DNA of 64,000 nt from Candidatus Delongbacteria bacterium (GTDB lineage Bacteria; CAIWAD01), in contig OY760505.1 in NCBI GenBank assembly GCA_963663545.1, positions 64,001 to 128,000 of the forward strand, given 5' to 3'. The notes beneath the pieces are model-generated. The model did not search any database and was not told the DNA's origin. It worked only from the letters and a program-made list of their open reading frames with translations. How positions within the stretch are numbered: the first letter of the stretch is position 1; each line of letters begins with the position of its first letter. Shown one piece after another: positions 25,486 to 35,304 of the stretch. Both the position numbers and the translations under genes were made by a program.

Positions 25486-27011
25486 CTGAGCTGCTGATTC
25501 TTTGGAACCAGGCCGGCGGAGCCGTTCCTGGCGGTCTGTGGCCTTTGCTGCTTCTTAGTCTTTTTCTGGCATTCCTGTTTTTACGGATGCTTCCGGGCAC
25601 GGGTGTCTTTGGCGAGCGGGGTCCGGTGCCAGCCCTTCTGCTGGCGCTGGCACTTCTGATCGCAGCCCATCTGATTCTGCGTACGAAACTGACACCGCGT
25701 CCGGGCGAAGCGGTTCTGAGCTTGTGGCCCGTGGAAGGCCTTCCCGCTGCGCGCGCCCTTTCTGCAACGGCTGAAGTAGCGCTCTCGCGTGAGCATGAGC
25801 TGTGCTTCGCCGATCGAGATTTACGCTTGCAGGTAAATCGCGCTTTTTTACCGGCGGACCTCTTTCAGCCCAGGGATAAGAGCGGCATTGATCGTCTGAT
25901 GAAGGCGCTTGCTGCGGATGTGCTGGTAAATGCGCGTTTGACCGAGGATACGCTCGTGATACAGGCATGGGAGCGTGTCTGGAGTGTGACACGTCAGCTT
26001 GATCAGCAGCAGTTGCCCCTCGACGGAGAAAGCGAAGAGGCCAGAGTGCTGTCGGCGCACACGCTCTACGATGGGTTCATACGTACTCTGCTGCAGCACG
26101 AGTTCGTGTCGGTGTCACTTCCCGCAAGCGATTTGCCGCTTTACGGGGCCGTAGTCGATTCTACTGAGACCTATCTGGCTCTTCCGGCCGAACCGGGAAG
26201 CGAATATGCAGCAGTGCGCATGGCTTCACTGCGCTTTCATCTGGGAGTGGATGAGGCACAGGTAGTTGAGGTGATCAATGCAGGACTGGAGCAGGGCGAC
26301 GAGGCCGGCGTTGACTTATGGTTACTGGCAGCGGAGTGGTTTGCTGCACGTGGAGAATGGGAGCAAGTGATACAGGCGCTTGAAAACGCAATGGCTGTTG
26401 ATCCGGCGCATCCCCAGATTTACTGGATGATTTCCCATCTGAACCGCGACGCGCGCAAACACTTTGGTTTTTACGATGAACCGGCTCCGCTACTGCGCGG
26501 AATCAGCCTGCATCCCGCCTATCTGCCCACGGTGTATCGCCTCTGCGAACGTCTTTCGGCACACCGCCGTAAGGACGAGGCTGCCAGCTATGCTGATGTG
26601 GCCATGATGATCTGCCCACGAGATAGTGAACTGCGGCTTCAGCGAGCAAATCTGGCGCTTAGCCTGATGCAGCACGGCTATGCCCTTCAGCTCTATCAGG
26701 GGTTGTGCACAGAGTTTCCGCGTGATCCGCGTGCCTTCATCAATTTGGGGCAGTTGTATTACATGCTGCAGGAGTACGAGGCGGCAATTGCGCCCCTGAC
26801 CGAGGCGGTTGCGCTGGGTGCTCCGCCAAAACTACTGCACATTCTCGGCGTGTGTTACGACGAGCTGGGACAGGATGAGCAAGCTGTGCACTACTACCGG
26901 CGACGGATGCAATTGGGCGGTGATCGCCAGGAGCTCGAAGCAACCCGGCTTCGCCTGGCCGCCCACTTCCCGGAAATGCAGCCGGAGGTCCAGGAGGAGG
27001 CAAGGCCTTGA
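25482..27011 (+). CDS. Membrane-anchored TPR protein
   Basis: Two N-terminal TM helices; C-terminal TPRs (AFINLGQLYY, LHILGVCYDELG). Confidence 0.75.
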   Translation: MTELLILWNQAGGAVPGGLWPLLLLSLFLAFLFLRMLPGTGVFGERGPVPALLLALALLIAAHLILRTKLTPRPGEAVLSLWPVEGLPAARALSATAEVALSREHELCFADRDLRLQVNRAFLPADLFQPRDKSGIDRLMKALAADVLVNARLTEDTLVIQAWERVWSVTRQLDQQQLPLDGESEEARVLSAHTLYDGFIRTLLQHEFVSVSLPASDLPLYGAVVDSTETYLALPAEPGSEYAAVRMASLRFHLGVDEAQVVEVINAGLEQGDEAGVDLWLLAAEWFAARGEWEQVIQALENAMAVDPAHPQIYWMISHLNRDARKHFGFYDEPAPLLRGISLHPAYLPTVYRLCERLSAHRRKDEAASYADVAMMICPRDSELRLQRANLALSLMQHGYALQLYQGLCTEFPRDPRAFINLGQLYYMLQEYEAAIAPLTEAVALGAPPKLLHILGVCYDELGQDEQAVHYYRRRMQLGGDRQELEATRLRLAAHFPEMQPEVQEEARP

Positions 27012-27673
27012 AAGAGGAAGAACGCCCCGCGCAGCGTTTGTATCACGGCAAGCGCATTGAAGTTCACTTTGATAAATCGCGCTGCAACCACGTCGCTGAA
27101 TGCTTGCGTCGTCTGCCTAATGTGTTTGATCTGACGCGCAGACCCTGGATTCTTCCCGACGCGGCCGATGTGGATGAGCTGGCGCGTACGATAGAAGCCT
27201 GCCCGACCGGCGCCCTGCATTACCGTCGTCTGGATGGTGGCCCGCAGGAAGCGGCTCCGGACCGTAATACACTGCGAATCATGCCCCATGGACCCGCCTA
27301 TCTGCACGGCGAGTTGATTATCGTCGATGGCGAGGGTCACGAGCTCTTTCGTGATACAAGGATGGGCGTGTGCCGTTGCGGAAAGAGCGCGCACCCGCCC
27401 CATTGTGATGGTCGCCATTTGTACGAGGGTTTTCGAAACCGGCCCGAAAAACAGCATGACGCTGAATCTCTTCAGCAGACCCCGCCTGCAGGACCGCTGC
27501 GTGTCACCGTTCGTCCGGGAGGTAGTGTCCGTGTGGAAGGAGCGGTGGAGATCCAGGATCGAAGCGGCGAGGCACTTGCGCGACGAGATCGTGTCTCGAT
27601 ATGCGCCTGCGGACGGACAAAGGCATCGCCCTGGTGTGACGGTAGCCACCGTGATACGGCCCCCGAAGAGTAA
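27008..27673 (+). CDS. Divergent 4Fe-4S domain plus double CDGSH iron-sulfur protein
   Basis: RCNHVAEC...CPTGAL; CRCGKS..PHCDGRH; CACGRT..PWCDGSH. Confidence 0.85.
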   Translation: MKEEERPAQRLYHGKRIEVHFDKSRCNHVAECLRRLPNVFDLTRRPWILPDAADVDELARTIEACPTGALHYRRLDGGPQEAAPDRNTLRIMPHGPAYLHGELIIVDGEGHELFRDTRMGVCRCGKSAHPPHCDGRHLYEGFRNRPEKQHDAESLQQTPPAGPLRVTVRPGGSVRVEGAVEIQDRSGEALARRDRVSICACGRTKASPWCDGSHRDTAPEE

Positions 27674-27681
27674 TACGAAGC

Positions 27682-28551
27682 ATGAGCAGACAGTACAGCC
27701 GCTTGAATCTTGCCGCACGCCTGTGTGAAAGCGGGTTGCCGCTGGTGATGGGAATCCTCAATCGTACTCCCGATTCCTTTTCCGACGGGGGCAACTACTA
27801 CGACCATGAAGATCCAGCACAATTGGAGCGCGCGTTAACTCGCGCAAAAGTCATGATCCAGCAGGGTGCAAGGATCATTGATGTTGGAGGCGAATCAACT
27901 CGCCCCGGCAGTCTTCCCGTGAGCCAGGAAGAAGAGCTGACGCGTGTGCTACCTGTTGTGCGTGAGCTGGTTCGAGGTGACCAATGCTGGGTGTCCGTTG
28001 ATACGCAACGTGCTGAAGTGGCAAGGTTGTGTCTGCGCGAAGGCGCTCATCTCATTAACGATGTCTCAGCCGGCGAGCGTGATTCGCGCATGTTCGATGT
28101 TGTGAGCGAGGCTGGAGCCCTCTATTGCGCGATGCACATGAAGGGCAGGCCGGAGAACATGCAGCACGATCCCCGCTACGACGACGTCGTTGATGAAGTG
28201 GCCGACTATCTGCGCACGCGCGTTTCACTGCTGGAACAAACAGGGCTTGCGCGCGATCACATTCTGCTGGATCCGGGAATAGGTTTTGGGAAAACCCTTG
28301 AGCACAATTTGCAGTTGATGGCGCAGCTCCGGCATTTCTCAGAAGGCGGATATGCGGTTCTGCTGGGCGCATCACGCAAGAGTTTCCTGCAACAGCTGGA
28401 TGGTAGTCCCGTGGATCAGCGACTGGGTGGAAGCCTGGCTGTGGCGCTGATGGCCGCGGCTCAAGGAGTCCGTGTGATACGCGTCCACGATGTGCAGGAA
28501 ACAGTCCAGGCGTTGCGGGTTCATTACGAGCTTGTGTCACGCTCAATGTGA
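27682..28551 (+). CDS. folP: Dihydropteroate synthase
   Basis: MGILNRTPDSFSDGG, GGESTRPG, DPGIGFGK, SRK and RVHDV. Confidence 0.95.
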   Translation: MSRQYSRLNLAARLCESGLPLVMGILNRTPDSFSDGGNYYDHEDPAQLERALTRAKVMIQQGARIIDVGGESTRPGSLPVSQEEELTRVLPVVRELVRGDQCWVSVDTQRAEVARLCLREGAHLINDVSAGERDSRMFDVVSEAGALYCAMHMKGRPENMQHDPRYDDVVDEVADYLRTRVSLLEQTGLARDHILLDPGIGFGKTLEHNLQLMAQLRHFSEGGYAVLLGASRKSFLQQLDGSPVDQRLGGSLAVALMAAAQGVRVIRVHDVQETVQALRVHYELVSRSM

Positions 28552-29252
28552 TACGCAGCGTGCCGTGCTCGTAGCCAGCGCACTCCCACCAGATCGTAGA
28601 TCCCCACCCACAAGCGGTTGTGCAAACCGTACTTGGTGCGGCCAGCACCCCTTGGACGGTGATTTACATCGATCTCGCCCAGACGATATCCATTGAGCAG
28701 AAACAGGGTAGGAAGAAAACGGTGCATGCCTTTGAATTGCGGTAGGTGCATGGCGCATTCGCGACGAAAAACCCGTATCGAACAGCCCACGTCTCGAACC
28801 GAGTAGCCCACCATCGCATTGCGTGTACCGTTGGCAATGCGCGACGAGAGTTTGCGCAGCCAGTTGTCCTGCCGCTTTCGACGGTATCCATTAACCGCGT
28901 CCACTTGTGTGTCACGCAAGGTCCTGAGCAGGCGAGGCAAATCGGACGGATCGTTTTGTCCGTCTCCGTCGAGCATGCTGAATAGCTCACCCTTGGCTAC
29001 GCTGAAACCTGCAAGAAGTGCTGCGCTTTGGCCGCTTCCAGCAGCGAGCTTCAGTAGTCTGTGGGGCCCTGCTGCATCGTGCATCTGTTGAAGCAAGTGG
29101 CGGCTGCCATCCTGCGAGAAATCGTCTACCCAGATACATTCCCAGCTCACCACTCCGGTCAGCGCCTGTTCCAGCTCTGCGGCCAGACCAGGAATGCTCT
29201 CTACTTCATCTCGCACGGGAATGACAATGCTCAGTTCAACAGGGCCGGTCAT
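28524..29252 (-). CDS. GT2 polyprenol-phosphate glycosyltransferase (ArnC/DPM-like)
   Basis: SIVIP, VDDFSQD, LDGDGQNDP, MHRFLP and HRPR..GRTKY. Confidence 0.88.
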   Translation of the reverse strand: MTGPVELSIVIPVRDEVESIPGLAAELEQALTGVVSWECIWVDDFSQDGSRHLLQQMHDAAGPHRLLKLAAGSGQSAALLAGFSVAKGELFSMLDGDGQNDPSDLPRLLRTLRDTQVDAVNGYRRKRQDNWLRKLSSRIANGTRNAMVGYSVRDVGCSIRVFRRECAMHLPQFKGMHRFLPTLFLLNGYRLGEIDVNHRPRGAGRTKYGLHNRLWVGIYDLVGVRWLRARHAAYHIERDTSS

Positions 29253-30817
29253 GGCTGGGGCCTCCAGTACACAAGAATCCAGGTGTGAGCGTGATCCGGC
29301 CGGAAGGGATCGGGGAAGACACGGCGCAAAACCTCTTCTGTAGGCAGCTGAAACTTGCGCAGTTCGTTCTCTTCGGCCATCAGATATCCGCCCCTTGGTT
29401 GTTGTTGAAACAGCTGCTCATCGTTCAAGATTTGTAACACGGGGCGATGCAGATAGAAGCTGGCAGAGTAGCGGTCATTGCGCCAGTTCGCCAGCAGAGC
29501 CTCTTCCGCGAGTGTATCACGCACAGCCTGGTAGAAGGGGCGTGGGCAGCGGTAATCGTTGATCTGAGGCAAGAGAATCCACGCTGCAGAGAAGAGGGCT
29601 ACAGCCAGCAAGAATGATCCGCGCAGCCAATGCCCCCGAACCAACTGCGAGCGCAGCAGCCACCATGAGCTGCCCCATAGCGGGATCGCCGTTAGAAGCC
29701 CGGGAAGCCCCCACCCCTTCCATGCCGCCCAGGGCAACGCCAGCAATACGAGAAGTGCAATCCACTGTGGCAGGTGATACAAAAGTAGCAGCGGGTTTCG
29801 ATTGCGCAACGGTCTTGCCGGACTCAGTACAAGGAGCAAACAAAGTGCCGGAGCAATTGATAACAGATAGTGCGCGCGCTTCGAGGTCGCCATACTGAGT
29901 AGAAGTATCGGTGCAACAAAACCCGTCCAAAGCGCAGAGATAGCACCTGCGGGAAGACCGGAGCGTCGTGTGTCACGCAAGGGAAGCAATAGTAGCCAGG
30001 GCAGAAAGCCGGGCAGCGCACCTAGGTAGTACCACCAGGCTTCGCGGTGTACGTTAAACTCCTCCTTGCCCACGCGATCTAGCGTTTCTCTGCGCCAGAT
30101 ATCCATCGCATCAGGAACCCTGTGTAGCACGGCCAAGAACCAAGGGAGGATGATCAGAAGCTGAATTGCCAGCAGCAGCAGCCAACCGCTGGCACCCAGC
30201 AAGGTTTTCTGGCCGTTGCGTACGCGCACCAACTCGCCCACTATCAGCGCTGGAAGAAGAAAAATCCAGATTAGCGGTCCTTTGATCATAAAACCCAGGG
30301 CAAGTGCAAGAGCGATCAAGGACTGCCAGCCGCGATGCCGAGCACCGTGCAGCACGAGCCGCATCCATGCCCAAAGGCCAAACATCGTGCAACTCATCAG
30401 CAAGGCTTCCAGCTCGGCCATGCGCCCCATGCCGAAAACCAGTGGGAAGGTGATCCAAACGAATCCACTGCGCCAGAGAACGGCCTGGGTGGCCTTGCGT
30501 CGCTGTAACAAATCCAGCAGCATCCAGAGGCTGAGCAGACAGGCCAACAGTGAAGGAATGCGTGCGGCAAATTCGCTGACGCCGAACAAGCTCATGCTAC
30601 CGGCGATCAGCCAATAGGCCAAGGGCGGCTTTGTAATGAATGGGGTACCGTTCAGGTGCGGTACAAGCCACTCGTTATCCGCAATCATCTGGCGCGCCGT
30701 CTCGCTGCGGCGAGATTCACCATGAGCTCCCCAGAAACCCTGCATGGGAAGTGCAGCGGTCCAGACCAGCAGCGCCGTCAACAGGATCATCGGAAGAATG
30801 AGAGCCTTGCGCGTCAT
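29249..30817 (-). CDS. ArnT/GT83-like lipid A glycosyltransferase
   Basis: ESR...ARQM...WLVPHLNG.PFITKPPLAYW; multi-TM; KGP; ATG overlaps the upstream stop. Confidence 0.85.
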   Translation of the reverse strand: MTRKALILPMILLTALLVWTAALPMQGFWGAHGESRRSETARQMIADNEWLVPHLNGTPFITKPPLAYWLIAGSMSLFGVSEFAARIPSLLACLLSLWMLLDLLQRRKATQAVLWRSGFVWITFPLVFGMGRMAELEALLMSCTMFGLWAWMRLVLHGARHRGWQSLIALALALGFMIKGPLIWIFLLPALIVGELVRVRNGQKTLLGASGWLLLLAIQLLIILPWFLAVLHRVPDAMDIWRRETLDRVGKEEFNVHREAWWYYLGALPGFLPWLLLLPLRDTRRSGLPAGAISALWTGFVAPILLLSMATSKRAHYLLSIAPALCLLLVLSPARPLRNRNPLLLLYHLPQWIALLVLLALPWAAWKGWGLPGLLTAIPLWGSSWWLLRSQLVRGHWLRGSFLLAVALFSAAWILLPQINDYRCPRPFYQAVRDTLAEEALLANWRNDRYSASFYLHRPVLQILNDEQLFQQQPRGGYLMAEENELRKFQLPTEEVLRRVFPDPFRPDHAHTWILVYWRPQP

Positions 30818-31422
30818 GACGCTTCTACCTTGGGGAGATAGCGGAGATAGAGGTTGCGAATGTAGGTCCATAATCCGAAAGCTGAGCCCATAAGGATCAC
30901 CCAGTCATGACGATGGCCAGCGTAAAGAAGAATCAGGAGGGCGCCGAAAAGGGACAGCCACCAGAAAGGCGTTGTCAGCTCGGCTTTGCCGTCGGACTCT
31001 AGAGAATACCACTGCACGGGAAAACGCGACAGTAGAAGCGTTTGTCCGATCCAGCCTGCTAGTAAAACCAGCATGTGGTCTTCGTGAATGGAAGGCGCGT
31101 GATACATCAGTAGCAGCTCAACCAAAATCAACGCAATTAGAATTACTCTGCGAAGGTGAAGTCCGATACGTGGCGAGCGAGGGAAGTAGCGCAGCTGCAG
31201 ATTGCGCAAATAAATGAGTGCGCCAACCGCTTGTCCAAAACTGATGATCAGATCGTGTCCCACTACCGCGTAGGTGCCCAGTAGCAGCGCTCCGCAGAGA
31301 CTCATCTCCCAGTAGCCCGCCGGAACATGGCTTTTACCGGTTCGCTCAGTTTGGATGAGTTGCAACGCTTGGCGACCGAAGTAGCAGACTTGGCCTAAAA
31401 ATCCCAGCGCCATGTAATACAA
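30814..31422 (-). CDS. Lipid A biosynthesis N-terminal (LAB_N) domain membrane protein
   Basis: Duplicated LGFLGQ...YW.MSL.GA / WIGQ...RFPVQW...FWWLSLFGA. Confidence 0.8.
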   Translation of the reverse strand: MYYMALGFLGQVCYFGRQALQLIQTERTGKSHVPAGYWEMSLCGALLLGTYAVVGHDLIISFGQAVGALIYLRNLQLRYFPRSPRIGLHLRRVILIALILVELLLMYHAPSIHEDHMLVLLAGWIGQTLLLSRFPVQWYSLESDGKAELTTPFWWLSLFGALLILLYAGHRHDWVILMGSAFGLWTYIRNLYLRYLPKVEAS

Positions 31423-31487
31423 AGGATCTCTCTCCTCGAAGACGCCAACAATGTGTTAGTTTCTGTGTGACATCCAAAGGGACGAAC

Positions 31488-31997
31488 ATGACTGCTAACA
31501 CTGATACGACACAAGATCACACTGGACAGGCTCTTCCCGCAGGTCTCCAGGGTGACTTGTTTTTCCTGCGAGCAAACCAGCAGGATCTGAAAGAACTGGT
31601 TGAGTTGGAACAGCTCTGTTTCGATGATCCATGGTCTGCGGATCTGATGAGTGAGAGCATGGAGTCCGCTTGGGCTCTTGCGATCCTTTGTCGCACACCC
31701 GATGGACAGCTTGCCGGAGCCGCGTTGGGACAATGTGTTGCCGGTGAGGCAGAACTGCACTCGCTTGCCATCAGGCCAGAGTTTCGTGGCCACGGCTGGG
31801 GGCTTCGGCTACTGAATGCCTTTCTGGATGAATGCCGCCATGCCCGTGCCGAAGTCTGCTATCTGGACGTGCGCGAAGGCAATCAACCCGCGCTCGCCCT
31901 ATATCAGAAAGTTGGCTTCACGCTGGATGGCCGGCGTCGCGCGTATTACAGCAACGGCGAGGACGCATTACTGATGAGCCTAGTGCTCGATCACTGA
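31488..31997 (+). CDS. rimI: Ribosomal protein S18 alanine N-acetyltransferase
   Basis: PWS, RGHGWG, LDVREGN..ALALY and RRAYY..GEDALLM. Confidence 0.88.
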   Translation: MTANTDTTQDHTGQALPAGLQGDLFFLRANQQDLKELVELEQLCFDDPWSADLMSESMESAWALAILCRTPDGQLAGAALGQCVAGEAELHSLAIRPEFRGHGWGLRLLNAFLDECRHARAEVCYLDVREGNQPALALYQKVGFTLDGRRRAYYSNGEDALLMSLVLDH

Positions 31998-32091
31998 TTA
32001 TCCAGGTCCACAAGCCGGCTCACCCTGTCCCGATACTGCCCCGGTCGTATTATCTTACCCCGTTCAAGCCTAAGCAACAGGAGGACGTGGC

Positions 32092-32982
32092 TTGTCTATC
32101 CAGGAACGTGCGCTTAGCTGGTTCAAACGCGGCGCGGATGGCCAACGCAAATCGACGCCCAGTGCGGTGCCGGACGGCCTGTGGATTAAATGCAAACACT
32201 GCGGACAGATTCTTTATCGCAAAGAAGTCGTGCGCAATCTGGATGTTTGTCCCCAGTGCAGCTTTCATATGCGCATCGGCAGCAGACGTTATGCCGAGAT
32301 CCTTTTTGACGAAGGCAGCTTCCGTGAAATCGGCCAGGAGTACCGCAGCAAAGACTTTCTGAGTTTTGTCGACACCGAGTCCTACGCCCAGCGCTTGCAG
32401 AAGGCCACGGCCAAAACCGGGTTGAACGACGCGGTCCTGTGCGGTCAAGCTACAATGCACGGTTTGCCTGTAGCAGCTGCGCTGATGGACTTCACTCATT
32501 TCGGTGGAAGTGTAGGCAGTGTGGTGGGCGAGAAGATTGCCGCCGTACTCAGGCTGGCACTCAAAGAGAAACTGCCCGTGCTCATCCTCTCGGCTTCCGG
32601 TGGCATGCGCATGCAGGAAGGCACCATGTCACTCATGCAGATGGCCAAGGTGAGCGCGCTGTTGACTCGCCTGGCGGATCAGCGGCTACCTTTCATCAGC
32701 CTGCTCACCGATCCCACAACCGGTGGTACCTCGGCTTCTTTTGCCATGCTGGGCGATTTGATTCTGGCCGAGCCTGGAGCGCTGATCGGTTTCGCCGGAC
32801 CCCGTGTGATCAAGCAGACCATTGGCGAAGATCTGCCGGAAGGCTTTCAGCGAGCCGAATTTCTGCTAGAACACGGATTTGTCGATCAGGTGCTGCCGCG
32901 CGCAGAACTAAAGACGCGCATTCATGAACAGTTCTGCCTGCTCCTGAACCGCGACCCCGAGTTGCAGGAAGGTGCTTTGTGA
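32092..32982 (+). CDS. accD: Acetyl-CoA carboxylase carboxyltransferase beta subunit
   Basis: GLWIKC..C...CPQC zinc finger; SGGMRMQEG; GFAGPRVI. Confidence 0.95.
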   Translation: MSIQERALSWFKRGADGQRKSTPSAVPDGLWIKCKHCGQILYRKEVVRNLDVCPQCSFHMRIGSRRYAEILFDEGSFREIGQEYRSKDFLSFVDTESYAQRLQKATAKTGLNDAVLCGQATMHGLPVAAALMDFTHFGGSVGSVVGEKIAAVLRLALKEKLPVLILSASGGMRMQEGTMSLMQMAKVSALLTRLADQRLPFISLLTDPTTGGTSASFAMLGDLILAEPGALIGFAGPRVIKQTIGEDLPEGFQRAEFLLEHGFVDQVLPRAELKTRIHEQFCLLLNRDPELQEGAL

Positions 32983-33734
32983 GGATTCTGCTGAGCAATG
33001 ACGATGGTTATCTCGCACCGGGCATTGCGGCTTTGTATCACGAACTTGCAGCGGAGCACGAGCTTCTGGTCAGTGCACCAGCAGGTGAGTGCAGTGCTAC
33101 CGGCCATGGCTTGACACTGCGCGAGCCATTGCGCGTGCGCAAACAGCAGGTGGGCGAGGGCCTTTTCTTTGGTGTTACGGGATTACCCGCCGATGCTGTG
33201 AAGTTTGGTCTGACCGTGCTCTGCGAGGATCGCCGGCCCGACCTGGTTATCTCTGGCATCAATCAGGGCGCCAACACAGGGCAGAACCTTTTTTATTCCG
33301 GTACGGTGGCCGCTGCCGCAGAGGGCGTGCTGGCGGGAGTTCCGGCAATCGCCATTTCGCTCGCGTCCTTCAAACAACGGGATTTCAGTGCGGCCGCCCG
33401 CGTCGCTGCTGGTCTTGTGCGTGAGTTTCAACAGCATCCCCTACCTGCCGATTGTCTGCTGAACGTCAACGTCCCAGAGGGGGAAGAACGGCAGTTCAAA
33501 GGCTATCGCCACGCGCGTATGGGCTATGCCCGCTTTCACGAGGTCTTCTACCGCCGCGAGGATCCCCAAGGGCGTGAATACTTCTGGCTCGATGGTGCGA
33601 AATCCGACCACGACAGTGATCCCGAGAGTGACGACCATTTGGTCCATCAGGGCTGGATCACGCTGACGCCGCTCAAGCTCGATCTGACCCATCCAGAGTG
33701 GAACACTCTGCTGAACTCCTGGAGACTTGGATGA
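32979..33734 (+). CDS. surE: 5'/3'-nucleotidase SurE
   Basis: ILLSNDDG, SGINQGAN and YSGTVAAA. Confidence 0.95.
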   Translation: MRILLSNDDGYLAPGIAALYHELAAEHELLVSAPAGECSATGHGLTLREPLRVRKQQVGEGLFFGVTGLPADAVKFGLTVLCEDRRPDLVISGINQGANTGQNLFYSGTVAAAAEGVLAGVPAIAISLASFKQRDFSAAARVAAGLVREFQQHPLPADCLLNVNVPEGEERQFKGYRHARMGYARFHEVFYRREDPQGREYFWLDGAKSDHDSDPESDDHLVHQGWITLTPLKLDLTHPEWNTLLNSWRLG

Positions 33735-35278
33735 AGGAAAGCCGCCAGATACTTGTGCTGGACTTCGGCTCGCAGTACACGCAGCTTATCGCGCGCAAAA
33801 TTCGCGAGCTTCACGTTGAAGCCCTGATTCTGCCGTGTGATACAAGCCTGGAGGAGTTGCACAGCTATCAGCCGCGCGGCGTTATTCTCTCCGGTGGTCC
33901 AGATTCAGTGTACGCCGAGGACGCACCGCGCTTGAGTTTCGAGCTCAAGGAGCTGGGGCTGCCCGTGCTGGGTATCTGTTATGGCATGCAGCTGGTGTGT
34001 CACAATCAAGGCGGGCGTGTGGCTCCCGGTGAGGGGCATCGCGAGTACGGTCTGGCCAAGCTTGCCCTGCGCAGCGACGATGCGCTGGTCAAAGGGATGC
34101 CGGAGGAGAGCCAGGTCTGGATGTCACACGGCGACAGTCTGCGTGCGCTTCCGGCGGGATTCGAAATCCTGGCGTCAACGGACAGCATCCCTTTTGCTGC
34201 AGTACATGGGCAGGAACTGCGTTTCTGGGGGGTTCAGTTTCATCCCGAAGTGCACCATTCCATTCACGGGCGCCAACTGCTCGAGAATTTCATTTTCAGC
34301 ATTTGTCGCTGCGAAGCCACCTGGACACCGGGCCGCTTCGTCGAGCGGCAGATCATGCAGATCCGTGCCCAAGTCGGCGGTAGTGCCAAGGTAATCTGTG
34401 GCGTTTCCGGCGGCGTGGACTCCACCGTGGCGGCCGCGCTGATTCATCGCGCCATCGGTCGCGATCTGACCTGCATCTTCGTTAACAATGGTCTGCTGCG
34501 CGCTGGCGAGTACGAAGCCGTGCAGCACATGTTTCGCGATAATCTGCAGATCAACCTGGTGGCAGTGGATGCCAGCGAGCTCTTTCTGGGGAGACTGAAA
34601 GGCATCAGCGAGCCCGAGCAGAAGCGCAAGATCATTGGTCACACCTTCATCGATGTTTTCGAGCAGGAGGCGGCCAAGCTCAAAGACGTGGAGTTCCTTG
34701 CTCAGGGAACGCTTTACCCGGATGTGATCGAGAGCGTGCAGCAGAAGGGGCCCAGCCAGACCATTAAAACGCACCACAATGTGGGCGGTTTACCCGCGCG
34801 ACTCAACTTCAAGCTCATCGAACCTTTGCGTGAGCTATTCAAAGATGAAGTACGTTCGGTAGGGGAAGAACTGGGGCTCCCGCATTCGATGCTGTGGCGC
34901 CATCCCTTCCCGGGGCCGGGGCTGGGAATTCGCATTCTGGGCGCCGTAACCGCAGAGCGCGTCGCCGTTCTGCAGCAGGCTGATCAGATTCTACTGGACG
35001 CCTTGCGTGAGAGCGGTTGGTATGATCGCTGCTGGCAGGCGCTGGCGGTGCTCCTGCCTGTGAGCAGTGTGGGCGTAATGGGCGACCAACGCACCTATGA
35101 AAATGTATTGGCGCTGCGCGTGGTGGACAGCACCGATGCTATGACGGCTGATTTTTCGCGACTCCCCTGGGAACTGCTAGGCCAAATCGCCAATCGAATC
35201 ATCAACCAGGTGACAGGCATCAATCGAGTTGTCTACGATATCAGTTCCAAACCACCCGCAACCATCGAGTGGGAATAA
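33731..35278 (+). CDS. guaA: GMP synthase (glutamine-hydrolysing)
   Basis: LDFGSQY, GICYG, QFHPEV, SGGVDS and KPPATIEWE. Confidence 0.97.
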   Translation: MKESRQILVLDFGSQYTQLIARKIRELHVEALILPCDTSLEELHSYQPRGVILSGGPDSVYAEDAPRLSFELKELGLPVLGICYGMQLVCHNQGGRVAPGEGHREYGLAKLALRSDDALVKGMPEESQVWMSHGDSLRALPAGFEILASTDSIPFAAVHGQELRFWGVQFHPEVHHSIHGRQLLENFIFSICRCEATWTPGRFVERQIMQIRAQVGGSAKVICGVSGGVDSTVAAALIHRAIGRDLTCIFVNNGLLRAGEYEAVQHMFRDNLQINLVAVDASELFLGRLKGISEPEQKRKIIGHTFIDVFEQEAAKLKDVEFLAQGTLYPDVIESVQQKGPSQTIKTHHNVGGLPARLNFKLIEPLRELFKDEVRSVGEELGLPHSMLWRHPFPGPGLGIRILGAVTAERVAVLQQADQILLDALRESGWYDRCWQALAVLLPVSSVGVMGDQRTYENVLALRVVDSTDAMTADFSRLPWELLGQIANRIINQVTGINRVVYDISSKPPATIEWE

Positions 35279-35304
35279 TCTGAACCGGAACCAGGAGAGG
35301 AAGC

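Noticed and set aside
35279-35304. glmS ribozyme
   Set aside because: Only 26 nt separate guaA and glmS, leaving no room.
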